Assembly: GCF_000150275.1 (NCBI RefSeq)
Contig: NW_002060953.1
Span: 1,027,693 to 1,091,692 of the forward strand
DNA length: 64,000 nucleotides
Direction: 5' to 3'
DNA from: Trichoplax adhaerens
Taxonomy: Eukaryota; Animalia; Placozoa
Shown one piece after another: positions 51,801 through 64,000 of this stretch; the first letter of the stretch is position 1; each line of letters opens with the position of its first letter. Position numbers and translations under genes: made by a program. The notes below the pieces were generated by a model that saw nothing but the letters and a program-made list of their open reading frames with translations, searched no databases and was not told the DNA's origin.

Positions 51801-53120
51801 ATCTATTCGATCAAAAATGACCATTCTTATTAATATCTACAAATTTAAAGTACTAAAGATATGGGCTATCTTTGAAGATATAACGTTCCTAACATAGCAA
51901 ACATATGGATGACAAATTCTGATTAGGTATAGACTCTACAAGAGACGTTAGCATCTTTTCTCTACTGCAGTTAAGATTTTTCACTGCTCGGCTGATTATT
52001 AAGTCGACAAGATAAATAGAACGATTTCTATCGTTTGTATTATGATTTTATATATCAAGCAAAGCTAATATTTGACCTATGACTCTGTCAGAGTACGGCA
52101 GTATTAACATAAACTGGCATTTGTAGGATTCTATTTTCTTTACTATAAGGAAAGATTTAGAGACATAGTTACTCCTATAAATTCATGATTATTTCTAATC
52201 TTATCATAAGAAATGTTCATAATGGAGAATTTTTGAATCTGTATTGGAATACTAAAATATAAAATTCTGAATTCTTAAAATTTTGATTGATGTAAACTAG
52301 TAGAAACTATCAGATACGTATAGCATACAACGTTACTAGCCACCAGTATTGTTTTTCTACCAAAGGCTTATGAAGAATGATAAATATATATTTAACCACT
52401 ACCATAGAATTAAGTTAAGCTAAATCAAGAAGTTCTAAACTACTCACTTCAGATTTATGCAGTATTATCGCTCTTGTTGCGATAATATAAAGCTATTCTA
52501 TATTTTTATAAGATTCTGGTAATATTTAATCCAAATATTACAGAGGACCACTTCAAAAGAAATCGCCAAATAGTCAGCTTTAGATGTAATTTAAATATGT
52601 ACTTGCTACTTAATGATGATTGCAAAACTAGATCGATATAAATAATTATACAATTATTTACCGAATTGTGCTATGCAAGCATAGTTTCTAGCTGATAGCT
52701 ATGATCAAGTTGTACTTAAGAATTTAAATGTTAAGGGTGACGTAAGGTCTTGATATTCTTTGATTGAACATTTATAACACATTGTCAACTCTTATAAATC
52801 AAGATCATTTTTTTTAATATATTAATAAATTGCTTATTGTAAAGACTACTTAATGATATAGTAACGGAAATAAAATAATTAATGGTTAATAGGAAAAGAA
52901 AATTAAGGCGTTACTAGGCAATTTCTCATCCGCACAAGTCTTTCAAAATCATATCATTAAATTTCCTGAAGTATCAATTTCATATGGACGGATATTATCA
53001 CCCTGGAGCACTTATGTGATGGCTTGATAGAATTTTGTCAACTCAGGATCGATGATCAAGACTGCCATTTATCGAGAGAGCAATTGTCTAATTAGTGGCT
53101 TGCAGCTCAAGAATGGGTAA
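48894..53120 (+). pseudogene. Decayed leucine-rich-repeat plus protein-kinase locus
   Basis: Phase-2 72-nt LRR exons: 48894-48965 (DLSSGYLVHIGCGNLIELPRLQKL), 49311-49382 (DQAFSALHSLTHL), 49853-49923 (71 nt, frameshift; NKIEHFTNATFYGLTSLQNL), 50117-50188 (acceptor lost; NNALQHLPIGVFMSLPALKNL), 50321-50392 (GC donor). Kinase pieces: YSEVIII...YVVK (~50620), IVHGDISMDNIFI (~51220) and KALLGNFSSA (~52915), with stops and frameshifts nearby. Confidence 0.7.
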
Positions 53121-54089
53121 TATACATGATAGTCATTTTTGCAATAATCATTAACTTATTTTCTGTGGGTAAAAATCGCAGTTTGCCGGTTTTATTTTAG
53201 CGTATGTGTCTGGACTCAAATTAATTTAATATTATCCTCTTACCTTTAAATTTAGCTTCAAAATTTAAAATCCAACTGTCTAGACAGAAAACTAAATGGC
53301 ATGAAATGTATTGATGACCATCTTGCACCTTATCCCAAATCAGTATCCACTATTTAATACTCGTAGTCCCTAGATGATGCTTGCGCTAAAGGATAACTTA
53401 AGGATATTGGCTCGTAAGTGAAAGATCAGTAATAACTATAGTAAAATTATATTACTTTATTGAAATCATGAATAAATGCGTTAACAAGATCATTTGCCAC
53501 TTATTCGAAAATAAATTGCAGCTGCTCCATGTTTTAGGATATCTCTCAAATATGATGTGCCCTAAATGTATTAATTTGCCTTGTTTGAAAATTTTCATTA
53601 AATCATATCAATTTCAGCATTCTATAGGCTGAAGTAATGCAGTTTAAAGTACAAGTAATTCGACTTTACCCATAATTTATAGTACAGCTAGTCAGCTTGC
53701 CTTAATATATTAGCTTAATCTTATTTAATTCAACCGCTTAATCAAATTCGCCTTTCTAATTCATTGACAAGATTAATGCCGAGTAAGATTCTGCAAATTA
53801 ATTTATGGAAGTACTCATGTTCATTTCAGAATCGATTTAATGACGAGGTCACTGGATTAATTCATTAGCGGAATTAGCGTGACTTTTGTGGTGGCATCCT
53901 ATCTCAATTCTAAAAGTCACTTTCTGTTGTTAGTTTTCCAAGCTGTTATTCGTTAATTCTAACAATTTTAATAGATGATTATTTACCCAGACCAATAGAC
54001 TTGCAATTGATTCCCGCAATTTACCAATAAATGAAGTTTGCTCGTCATTGTAGAAGTCATATCATGATTAATGCAAAGAAAAGGATAAT

Positions 54090-55240
54090 ATCAGTTTATT
54101 TCATCATTGCATCATTAAAAGCAGTATTTTTCATAGGATATGATCATGTAAAATAAGTTTGATCATTAATTTGCTAAGATTTCAACATTATTTTGGGCAT
54201 TGCCTAACAATGAGATCTTACCATAACACTTCTTCTATGATTATCATTTATTACAGTCTGACTAAAAATAGTCATTTGAGTAGTTATATGCAGATTTTCA
54301 AAATGAAAATTACATCATTGGAAACAACATTATCCATCGTATACAATGATATAAATAGGATTAATTATTCGATTTTAACTTAATAATTGTTATACAGATG
54401 TTGTAATAAAGTCGACTATACTTTATTCCGCTCTGCTTCTACAGCTCACAATAAAGTTAGTCAACTGAATGCAGATAAAAATCTGCTTTATTACAGTTTA
54501 TAAAAGTTCTAGACTCGTGTAAGCAGGTCTAAAAAATAACAAAATATTCAGCATTTACTCCAACTCGTTACAGATGTTCAAGATTAAAGTTATACCTTTA
54601 GAATCAGCGTCTTGCACTTGCTAACATTTCAATATTATTTCGGGTACTGTTCAGCTTGGAGACTTGTTCCTTACGTCCTAAATTTCGTTTGTTTAGTTAT
54701 GATTAAACGTCTCATTTCCACTATACGGTAATATAATAAAAGTAATAGGTAAATTTTAATAACAGTCGTGCAGATGTTGACGATGACTTTCATATAATTA
54801 GAACCAGCATTTTTCACTGTATGTGATAACATAAATAAGTGTAATAATTTGCTAGGATATCAACACTACTTCAGGCATTATTCGATTTTAGGTTTTCTAA
54901 TGCACTTATGCCATAAATTTCATTCGTCCTATTCTAAATAAAGATCTTCACTTGTATAACTGTAATGTAGTTCTTCAAGATGACAGTTGTATCATTGGAA
55001 ATAGCAGCAAGCTGCCATGTATATGTTATACACAGATCATGATATTGATAGGAGCAGTAATCGATTTTAATGGATGTGATGCAGATACTCAAAGATAACA
55101 GTGATCTCATTAGCGACAGCATATTTCCCGGTATACTGTACATCTGTTGCCATATATAAGAGTAACAATTTGCTAAAATTTCAACATTATTTCAAGTATT
55201 GTCCGACTTTGGGGCTTGTCCATAACTTCTTGGTACGGCC
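54090..55240 (-). pseudogene. Decayed repeat-protein (TPR-like) relic
   Basis: Four diverged copies of ttgcta...t(t/a)tcaa.a.ta.tt at ~54169, 54617, 54848 and 55169. The minus strand reads SYGQAPKSDNT*NNVEILANCYSYMATDVQYTGKYAVANE, a TPR-like A..Y..+A......GKY..A pattern, with many stops. Confidence 0.35.
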
Positions 55241-56299
55241 CAACGTTCAATATTGTCTACCCCTCTATTCCTTTTCTATCTATTTTAATCGTTTGTCACT
55301 ATGAAGTTTTGTAACAATTTCATTAGCACTATTGTCATTATATCATTATCATGTAAAGAAGATTGAATTAACGTCATGCATTTATTAAGAATCAATGCAA
55401 TTATTATCATATTGACAAAAGAAGAATCCATGAAGAAGAATGGTAACTATGTTATTATTGAAATCGGATCTAATTAGTTCATTGATGGAAATAATATCAT
55501 GTTAATTGATTTTTATCGCTTAATTTACTTGTAATCTTATCCTACTGTTTATGAGATATTGAAATAGCTACTTGGCTAATCTACTACAATTAGGACTCTT
55601 GTTCCAGTATGGTAACTTACTGGAATAGAAACGAAAATGGACGCCTTCCAGCAGGACACCACCAGCGTTTACGGATAACATGATTGCATCAATGCTATTG
55701 TTATTCCAGTGGGTGATGGGTGATGTATTTTCTACCTGGTTTCTAACCATATTATTCACTTTAGGTTGGGTCTTTCTTTTTTATAGTTATTTGCAAACGC
55801 CATCATGACTGCATAGCCCTATATATCTACTATTCACTTGATGAGGACAGTGGTGTAGTTGGAAGATGAATTATTGCTAGTCTTACCGGTACATCTATAC
55901 ACTAGTTTACATCACTATTTTAGCCAGTTCAACTATAACAATTAACAATTACCACGATAACGGGTTAAATATCCTTGGCTGAAAAGGATACTTAACTACA
56001 AGTAATAATAATAAAAGTAATTTAGATATATTTTAAATGATTACAAGATCAATTTAATTTTATCTTTCATCCATTCTAATATTGGTTAACGATTTGACTC
56101 CAAGTAAAGTCAAGAATTGGACGCGTACTGGACTTCCTTTAGAGAAAAATCTCCATTGGAGTCCAGTCAGTCAACAAAGTGACTACCTGTTGGATAACAT
56201 TTTAACTAGCAAGGAGGAATAAACAACCATAGAAATTTGCTTGAAGACGTTGAAAAACGATTTCGTAGACTTTAACAAGGTACCCACTAATACATTAAC

Positions 56300-59200
56300 A
56301 TGGTTATCGAGAAAGATATTATACGCCATATATTTCTAAAGCCAGATGGCTCTGGTTTAAATGAAGAGTTAACCGCAGAACAATTGCAACAACTTCATAT
56401 ATCATTACGCCATGAGAAATTAAGTATACCACAAGTTGAGGCATCCATCGAATATGTCTGTTCTGGAACTACATGCCATCCTGATGAATTGTTTGATGTA
56501 CTCCATGAAATGGATCGTCGATTTTTTTTAGCTCGAGATTTGCGTTGGGAATTTTCTTTGATGGATACGGAGAGAAGAGGGACTATTTCAGTCATGGAGG
56601 GGCGCTTTTTATGCCAAGGTACACATAAAGAATTATTTTCCCCAAGACGATGGAACCGATTAATCAACAGAAGGCCATTACCTACCGCTGCTGTCAGTTT
56701 CGAAGAAATCGAAGTCGAGTTATGCAATATACCAACGCCAGAAATGGTACTGATGGACAAATTAGAGGAAGAGAGAGAATTACTAGGTAAAATCCAGGCG
56801 GGTAACTACGCCAATAACTTCTATCTTTCATCTTCTTTTATTCCTACTATCTATCTCGGGTTGTAACTTGTAAGCGACTCTTATTTAAAATCACTGTTCC
56901 AATTCATATTTCCATCTTCCGTACTAATTGATTTCTTATATCCATCAACGTTTGCATGTTCAAGCGACTGTAATTAATATATATTGGTCCTCTTCCGTAT
57001 TATAATATTTCTTCACATCTATCTTGGCTTGTAAGATACCGTTATTAAAAATTACAGTTGTTACTCCTATTTTACATCTTCCTTTTTACTTTTATTCCAG
57101 AAATCCTCTAACGTTCCGTTTTTAAACGAACGATTATAACATTATACGGATCGTAAATTAACACTTACCTGTCCATGAGACTGTTATTAAAATCTCCTTT
57201 GTCATTCTTATTTTGCGTCCTCCGTGTTATTTTATTCTTCACATCCATTCATATTTGCATGTTTAAGCGACTATCTTTGAAAATCACCGTTGTCATTCCT
57301 ATTCTCCATCCTCCGTGTTATTTTATTCTTCACGTCCATTTATATTTGCATGTTTAAGCGACTATCATTGAAAATCACCGCTGTCATTCCTATTCTCCAT
57401 CCTCTGTGTTATTTTATTCTTCACATCCATTCATGTTTGCATGTTTAAGCGACTATCATTGAAAATCACCGTTGCCATTCCTATTTTCCATCCTCTGTCC
57501 TATTTTATTCTTTACATCCATTCATGTTTGCATGTTTAAGCGACAATCATTGAAAATCACCGTTGTCATTCCTATTTCCCATCCTCCGTATTATTTTATT
57601 CTTCATATCCATTTATCCTTGCATATCCAACCTGTCCAAGCGACTGTTATATATTGACGTTCCGTGTATTTTATTCTTCACACCCTTCAGTACCTGAATG
57701 TCTAAGCGACTGTTTATTAAAAATCGCCGTTGTCATTCCTATTTTTTATGTTCCGTGTTATTTTATTCCTCACGTCCATCGACACTTGTTATGTCCAAAC
57801 GGCTGTTTTGAAATACACAGTTGTAATTGATTTTTCAATCGTATTAATCGATTCAATAGCGTAGACACTTTGAAAAGAAGGATCAATTAGGCCTGGTTGG
57901 ATAAATCTCTTTCCTTATGCACAGTAGTTTATGGATAAAATAGTTATACGCTATCTGCAAGCTGGACATCATTGATGAGGACGGCGCATTTTTTTCTTAA
58001 CCAGCTTTCGCAGGAATAGGCTTGTTGTCATCGATATCCATTCGTATTTTCTTGATATCAGTCTCTGCCTACTTCAGTGGAAAGTGAAATGGAAGATATA
58101 AATCTGTTGACTTTCATACTGATTTATTGATAACTTAAATCATTCTTTTTATATACGGATCAAGAGAAAATATTTCCATTAAATGATCCAATATTGGGTC
58201 ATTTAGAGATTTTCTCAATGCATTTTTCGTCGTGATGAACATTTATAGAACGGTAGAATTACTGTACGTTAATGGTTAACTTTAATTACGAATTCGTAAA
58301 AGACAATCGGCCAATAATAATTAATTTGTCAAGCTGCTTCCTACTGATTCTGATTACTATGATTCCTTTCTGTTCTTGTCCTTTAGAACGTGCTCGCCAG
58401 CAGGAGGCAAGAGGGAAATCGGCCATCAGAAAGCGTACCAAATCAGGTAGAGTAATTCATTGGATTCCATTTTTGTCATACGCAACAAGGGAAACCTACA
58501 GTAGATCTGATCAATTAGGAAAACTCAATTTCTACTGTAGTTATCTAATCCACAATAAGCCAATAACGAACACATCAGAGTTCGGTTCCCTTAATTAATT
58601 TTATCACAAGAGTAAAAAATGTAATGATTGCTGACAATTTTGAGTGACATACCATATACTTTATGACTCTAAATTCAGACTTTTACTGTCTTCATCCTTC
58701 TACATTACCCTCAATATCTGATTTAAATTTGAGTATATTGCCACGGTATAAATTGCTGCCCATGTTGTGCTTTTGCTCTTCTTATCCTATCTATCCTTAC
58801 CCACAAAATCTTACTTGTTGGCTCCAAATGAAAGTGGCTTGTCGCAGAGTAAATTACTCGAATTGTTCCCATTTTACTATTCTATTCCATCCTAAAAATG
58901 TGAAAAAAACACAGTATATGCTTTCAATTTTGAGTGGCTGGCCATAGTGAAAATAACTCTAAATGGCCAAGGTAGCTCGTCCTTTCCTACGCAAGTAGCA
59001 TCACATTATCCACCTTAATTTGAGAGGCTTGCCATAGAGAAAATAGCCCTGAATGTTCAACTCTTGCTCATCTCGTCCATTCCTATAAAAGTCAAAGCAC
59101 AGTGTTGGCCTTCATTTTAAGCGGTTTGCAGATTTTGCAAGTCTTGTCCTACAAAAGTTATAACACAGTAGTAGCCTTCATTTTGAGTCTCTCTCAAATT

Positions 59201-62200
59201 TTGCTCGCTCTTTCCTACAAAAGTAAAATCAGAGTATTTGCTTCAATATTGGGTGGCTTGCCACAGTAAAAATGACTGTCAGCCATCAGTTCCCGCTCGC
59301 CCTTTCCTGCAGAAGTAAAATCAGAGTATTTGCTTCAATATTGAGTGGTTTGCCACAGTAAAATGACTGTCCGCGTTCAGCTCTTGTTCGCCCTTTCCTA
59401 TAAAAGTAAAATCATAGTATTTGCTTCAATATTGAGTGGTTTGCCATAGTAAGAATGTCCGTCAGCTTTCAGTTCGCCACAGTAAAAATGACTGTTAGCC
59501 TTCAGCTCTTGCTTGCTCTTTCCTAAGAAGTAAAATCACAGTATTTGCTTCAATAATGGGTGGTTTGCCACAGTAAGAATATCTGTCAGCTTTCAGCTCT
59601 TGCTTGCTCTTTCCTATAAAAGTAAAATCATAGTATTTGCTTCAATATTGAGTGGCTTGCCAAAGTAAAAATGACTGTCCGTGTTCAACTCTTGCTCGCC
59701 CTTTCCTACAAAAGTAAAATCAAAGTATTCGCTTCAATATTGAGTGGCTTGCTACAGTAAAAATGGCTGTCTGTGTTTAGCTCTTGCTCGCTCTTTCCTA
59801 TAAAAGTAAAATCACAGTATTTGCTTCAATATTGAGTGGCTTGCCAAAGTAAAAATGACTGTCCGTGTTCAACTCTTGCTCGCCCTTTTCCTGCAGTAAA
59901 AATGGCTGTCAATGTTCAACTCTTGCTTGTCCTCTTCTACAAAGTAAAAGGAAAGTTTCTGCTTTAATGTTGAGGAGTTTGCCATCATAAAAATGACTAT
60001 CCATATTCAACTCCGGCTCAGCCTTTCCTACAAAGTAAAATTATAGTTTCAGCTTTCAATAATTATTAATGAACGGTATGCCAATTGCAATAGTAACTGT
60101 CAATGTTCAACTTTTTGCTCGTCCTTTTCCACAGATACAAAATAGTTAGTCGTAGCTTTCAAGGTTAGCTGTTGCCATCCATGAGTCTATTTGGTCAGCT
60201 ATCGTATTTTATCCCGGTATACCACTAAATGCCCTATCCTGTAAGATGATCTCTATCATCATCGACTCCATTAAAAAGTCATTATTCACCTTGTAGTTAT
60301 TCCAGCTGATGGCAGTAGTAGAAATGTATGTCAAAGGTTGCGTCGTACTATTGGAAGTAAGCTTTCATTGTGGGACGTAGATTAATCCTTTCTATTTCAT
60401 CAAGTCATTGTAGATCATGTTATAAATGATGGCTATAATGGCCATGTTAGCACCTTGACCAGTACTTTCTGACATGATAATAATATAGTAGCCTGGCTGG
60501 ATCATTTCTAAACTTATGTTCATATCCAATGGAACGCCAAGTGCTCAACAACTTCAGCAGACATGTATTATTAACTTCTCTTTCAATCCTACTATTTTCA
60601 CCTTGTAGGTAGTTTTGGAGAGGCATTGGAGGAAGATCGATATAAAGTCGATGCTGTCGATGCTTCTACTGTTTCTACTGCTGCTGCTGCTGCTGCCGTT
60701 AGTATCCAATCCGGTAGTCAATTAAAGAAGCCAAAAATTCAAGTTACTCCATCGGAAATTATTCGTAAAGCCGACGCTGAAGCACGCTCGGTTAAAATGC
60801 AATCCAATGATGAAGTCGATACCATTAGGCGTAAAGCCAAATTAGCTGCCAAAAGTGTTCTTTCCAAGTGTGATCAAGAGATTGATAAATTACAAGATCG
60901 TTATGATCGTAGAATCGCTATTATTGAAGGTAGAGCTGATGATAGGATTGCTAGGGTGATCAGAGTTGCACAACAAGAAGCCAACGAAGCTCGAGCTGCT
61001 GGTAAGATGAAAGAAGCTAAAAAAATTATGGAAACAGCTGAAATTGAAATTAACAATTTACGAGCTAAAGTGGATTTAGAAATTACTGAGTTAAAGCGTG
61101 AACATAACGACACCATTGCTGAAATGAAACGCCAAGCGGAACACGAAGCCAATCAAATTACCACCGAAGCAGAATTGGATGCCATTAAAATCCTAACTAC
61201 TGCTCAAAGTCAATATACCTCTATCGTTATGGGAAGTAAAGCGGAAGCGGTACTCTTGCAAACCGATCCAGACAGCAAGCAAACTGCTTCTAGTAAGCCA
61301 TCTTCTAAGGTGGAAAATAAGAAAGGAGCACAACCATCCGAACCAGCAGATACATTATTGTCCCGTGCTGAAGGGAAAGCAGCAGCTATTGAATTACAAA
61401 AAAATGGCGAGGCTGAGGTAGCCTTAATTCAAGCTGGTGGTGAAGAAAATATTATACGCAAGAGAGCCATAAGTCGATTACGTGAAGAAGAAATTAAAAA
61501 ATCCAGTTGCTCTGAAAGTGTTAACCTGTTAAAGAAGGAAGCCGATGCTATTATGGCTAGAGCGAAAGCTTCCGCTGCTGAAGCTATAGTTAATTCTGAA
61601 CGAGAATCGGAAAGATCCAAAGGCTATGGCGATGTTACTACAGCGGTAAAAATGACTGCTAATGGCACAATTGAAGAGGCAAGAGTGTTAGCTGAAGGCA
61701 AAAGTAGAGCACAACAGTTAAAAACCGATGCCAATATTGCAGCCATTACCATTGAAGCCGAAGAAAAAGCGGCGACAGTTTTAATCAAAGCTGAAGAAGA
61801 AGCGCAAATTATTTATAAAAAGGCAAGAGGAGAAGCAGATTCTATTCGATTGAAAGCAGAAGGTAAAGCGGAATCGATCAAAATTATTGCTGAAGCTCAA
61901 GCGGAGATTGCTGAAAAAAATGGCGATCCAGCCAAAGCGGAACAAATTCGAGCTTCTGCTCGAGCGGAAACAGCTCAAGTATTAGCACAAGGCAATGCTG
62001 AAGCCGCTAAATTGTTAGCTAAAGCTAACATTGAAGCCAAGAAAGTAGAAACCAGGGCTAAACTAGAGCATGCTAAATTGCTTTCTGATGTTCAAATTAA
62101 ATCCATGAAACTGAAAGAAAATGCCGAAATACGATCGAAAGAACTAATTCACGATAGCGAAGTTGCTACTTTAACCATGAAATTGGAAGCAGATGCTAAA

Positions 62201-64000
62201 GTAGCTGAAATTAAAAAGGATTTTGTCTACGCTAGTCGATGTAAGGCAGAAAGTAAAGCACAAAGTAAAATTATGGCGATTAATGTTGAAAAAGAGTTGA
62301 AAGAATATCAAGCTAAAAATGCCATCAAATTAGTAGAATTAGAAGGTCAAAATCAACATGATCAAGTCATGATTAGTGTCGAAGGCGAAGCGAGTATCAT
62401 TATTGCTGAAGCGAAAGGAGAAGCGGAAGCCATACGTGAAATTGCCAATGCTAATGCAAATATGGTTTTAGCTCAAGCTGAAAAAGAAGCCAACGATGCT
62501 CGAGCTGCTGGCAATGAAGCGAAAGCTAAAAAGATACTTGCTGAAGCTAATTATCAAGCTGAGATATTGAAAGCAGAAGCTGAAATTCAAGCTGTTCAAA
62601 TATTAAGTGATGCCAAAATAAAAGCCAATCAATTACGCTCTGAAAAAGAAGCAGAAATTATCAAGCAATGCTACGAAAATGAAGCACGAGTTATAGGTGA
62701 AAATTTTACAAGTTTAGATGCTACTGGTGAGAAAGCAGGTAAAGTAAAAAGCGATGCAATTTTATTGAAAGCAGAAGAGAAATCGACATTTGTTGCTGTC
62801 AAAGCTGAACGAGAAGCGAAAGCTGCTGAAAATGATGGTGATCTCATTCGAGCTGCAGAACTTCGAGCAGAAGCTTGCACAAGTACTCATACCATTAAAG
62901 CAACTGCTCAAGCTGATGCCACCTTAGCTGAAGCTGAAGAGAAAGCCGAAGCTATTACAGCTCAAAGTGAAAGCGATGCTATGGCTGCTATTCGAAAATC
63001 AATCGGTGAAGCAGAATCAATCCTTGCTACTACTCGTGCTCAAGCTGAAAATGTTCGAATCGATTATAAACGAAAATCCAATGAAATATTACAAAAAGCA
63101 AAGATACAATCGCAAAAGTTACGCACTGAAGGGAAAGAAAAAGCTGCTGATGAATGCTTACGACGAGGTGAAGCAGAAGCAGCTAAAGTTGCAGCTGAAG
63201 GTGAAGCAAAATGTGGAAAAATTAATGCTGAAGGTGCTGCTAAAGCCGATAAAGCTAAAATTGCTGGTGAGGAAAAAGCTGTTCAAATTAAAACTGCTGC
63301 TAAAGCCAAAGTTACCGAAATGATGCTAGATGCAAAAGCCAATGCCAACAAAGTTAAAGAAGAAGCCAAAGCGACAGCTGTTCGCGAATCCAATACTATC
63401 TTAGCTCGAGGCTATCGTAAATCGCGCGATGAAGTTAAAGCTGTTGCTTTACAAGCTGAAGCAAATAAGGAATATTCTAAACAGATGGAAAAAGCGCAAT
63501 CAACGACAGCAAAATTACTTGCACAAAAAGATATTGAAGTAAAAGCAGTCAATGTTCAAGGAGAAGCTGAAATGGAAAGATTGAAAACTACTGCAGAAGC
63601 GGTTAGCGTTAAATCGCATGCTAAAGCTGCTGCAATCACTGCTATCATGGACGCAGCAGCCGATACAGCGGTTAAAAAAATCAACCAAAAGAATGACCAA
63701 GTTATCCTACAGTCTGAAATGAAAGGGAGAGAAGATGCTGCTCGCTTATTAAAAGATGGTATTACTGAAGCAACAAGGATGATTATTGATGGTGAAGAGA
63801 AAGCTCAACGTTTAAAAACTAAAGTAGCTATTGAAGCTGTCCGAGCTAGAGTATCTGCTGAAAGTGAAATATTACAATATACAGCGGATAAAGCTGAAGA
63901 GAAACGTGAAGGGATTCAACAATCGATTAAACAATTGACAGCACAAGCTGAACAAGAAATCAAGAAAGTCCTTACATCTGGTAATGAAGTTCGTGCTAAT
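56300..64000 (+). CDS. Large protein with an N-terminal EF-hand-like domain and a very long Ala/Glu/Lys-rich hendecad coiled coil (3' incomplete)
   Basis: Exon 1 is 56300-56786 with EF loop FSLMDTERRGTISVMEGRFL. Exon 2 is 58387-58446. Exon 3 starts at 60609 (GSFGEALEEDRY...) and stays open for 1130 codons to the window end. Both junctions are phase-1 GT-AG. The 11-residue repeats read AEEKAATVLIK AEEEAQIIYKK ARGEADSIRLK AEGKAESIKII. Confidence 0.85.
56830..57830. repeat. 91-bp intronic minisatellite, diverged at its edges
   Basis: aagcgac.atc.ttgaaaatcaccg recurs at 57265, 57356, 57447 and 57538, with degenerate copies on both sides. Confidence 0.9.
58880..60140. repeat. ~92-bp intronic minisatellite
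   Basis: aagtaaaatca.agtatt.gcttcaata recurs at about 59221, 59313, 59404, 59528, 59620, 59712 and 59804. Confidence 0.9.

Noticed and set aside
60901-63700. Minus-strand and alternative-frame ORFs over the last gene
   Set aside because: They are shadows of the long + strand coiled-coil frame.

Overview
This is eukaryotic, AT-rich, intron-dense animal DNA. The compact introns and gene content suggest an early-branching metazoan such as a placozoan (inference only). Most of the ORF track is exon fragments or repeat artefacts, so the genes were rebuilt by hand from splice sites. From left to right: the last exon of a CUB-domain gene (+); a 10-exon gene (-) for an N-myristoylation motif, an EPS8-type PTB domain and a Gln-rich tail; two tandem arrays; NUP62 (+); a ~29-exon PLC-like (PRIP/PLCL) gene (-) with a U12-type AT-AC intron; a TACAG-rich satellite containing an inverted-repeat element; tRNA-Lys(UUU); ACTL6A/BAF53 (-); a 189-bp satellite; a decayed LRR plus kinase locus (+); a decayed TPR-like relic (-); and a gene (+) for an EF-hand-like head fused to a >1100-aa hendecad coiled coil that runs off the window. 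The strongest leads are the giant EF-hand/hendecad protein, a PRIP that keeps nearly all PLC catalytic residues, tandem-duplicated FxFG micro-exons in NUP62, and related satellite arrays sitting just upstream of gene 5' ends.
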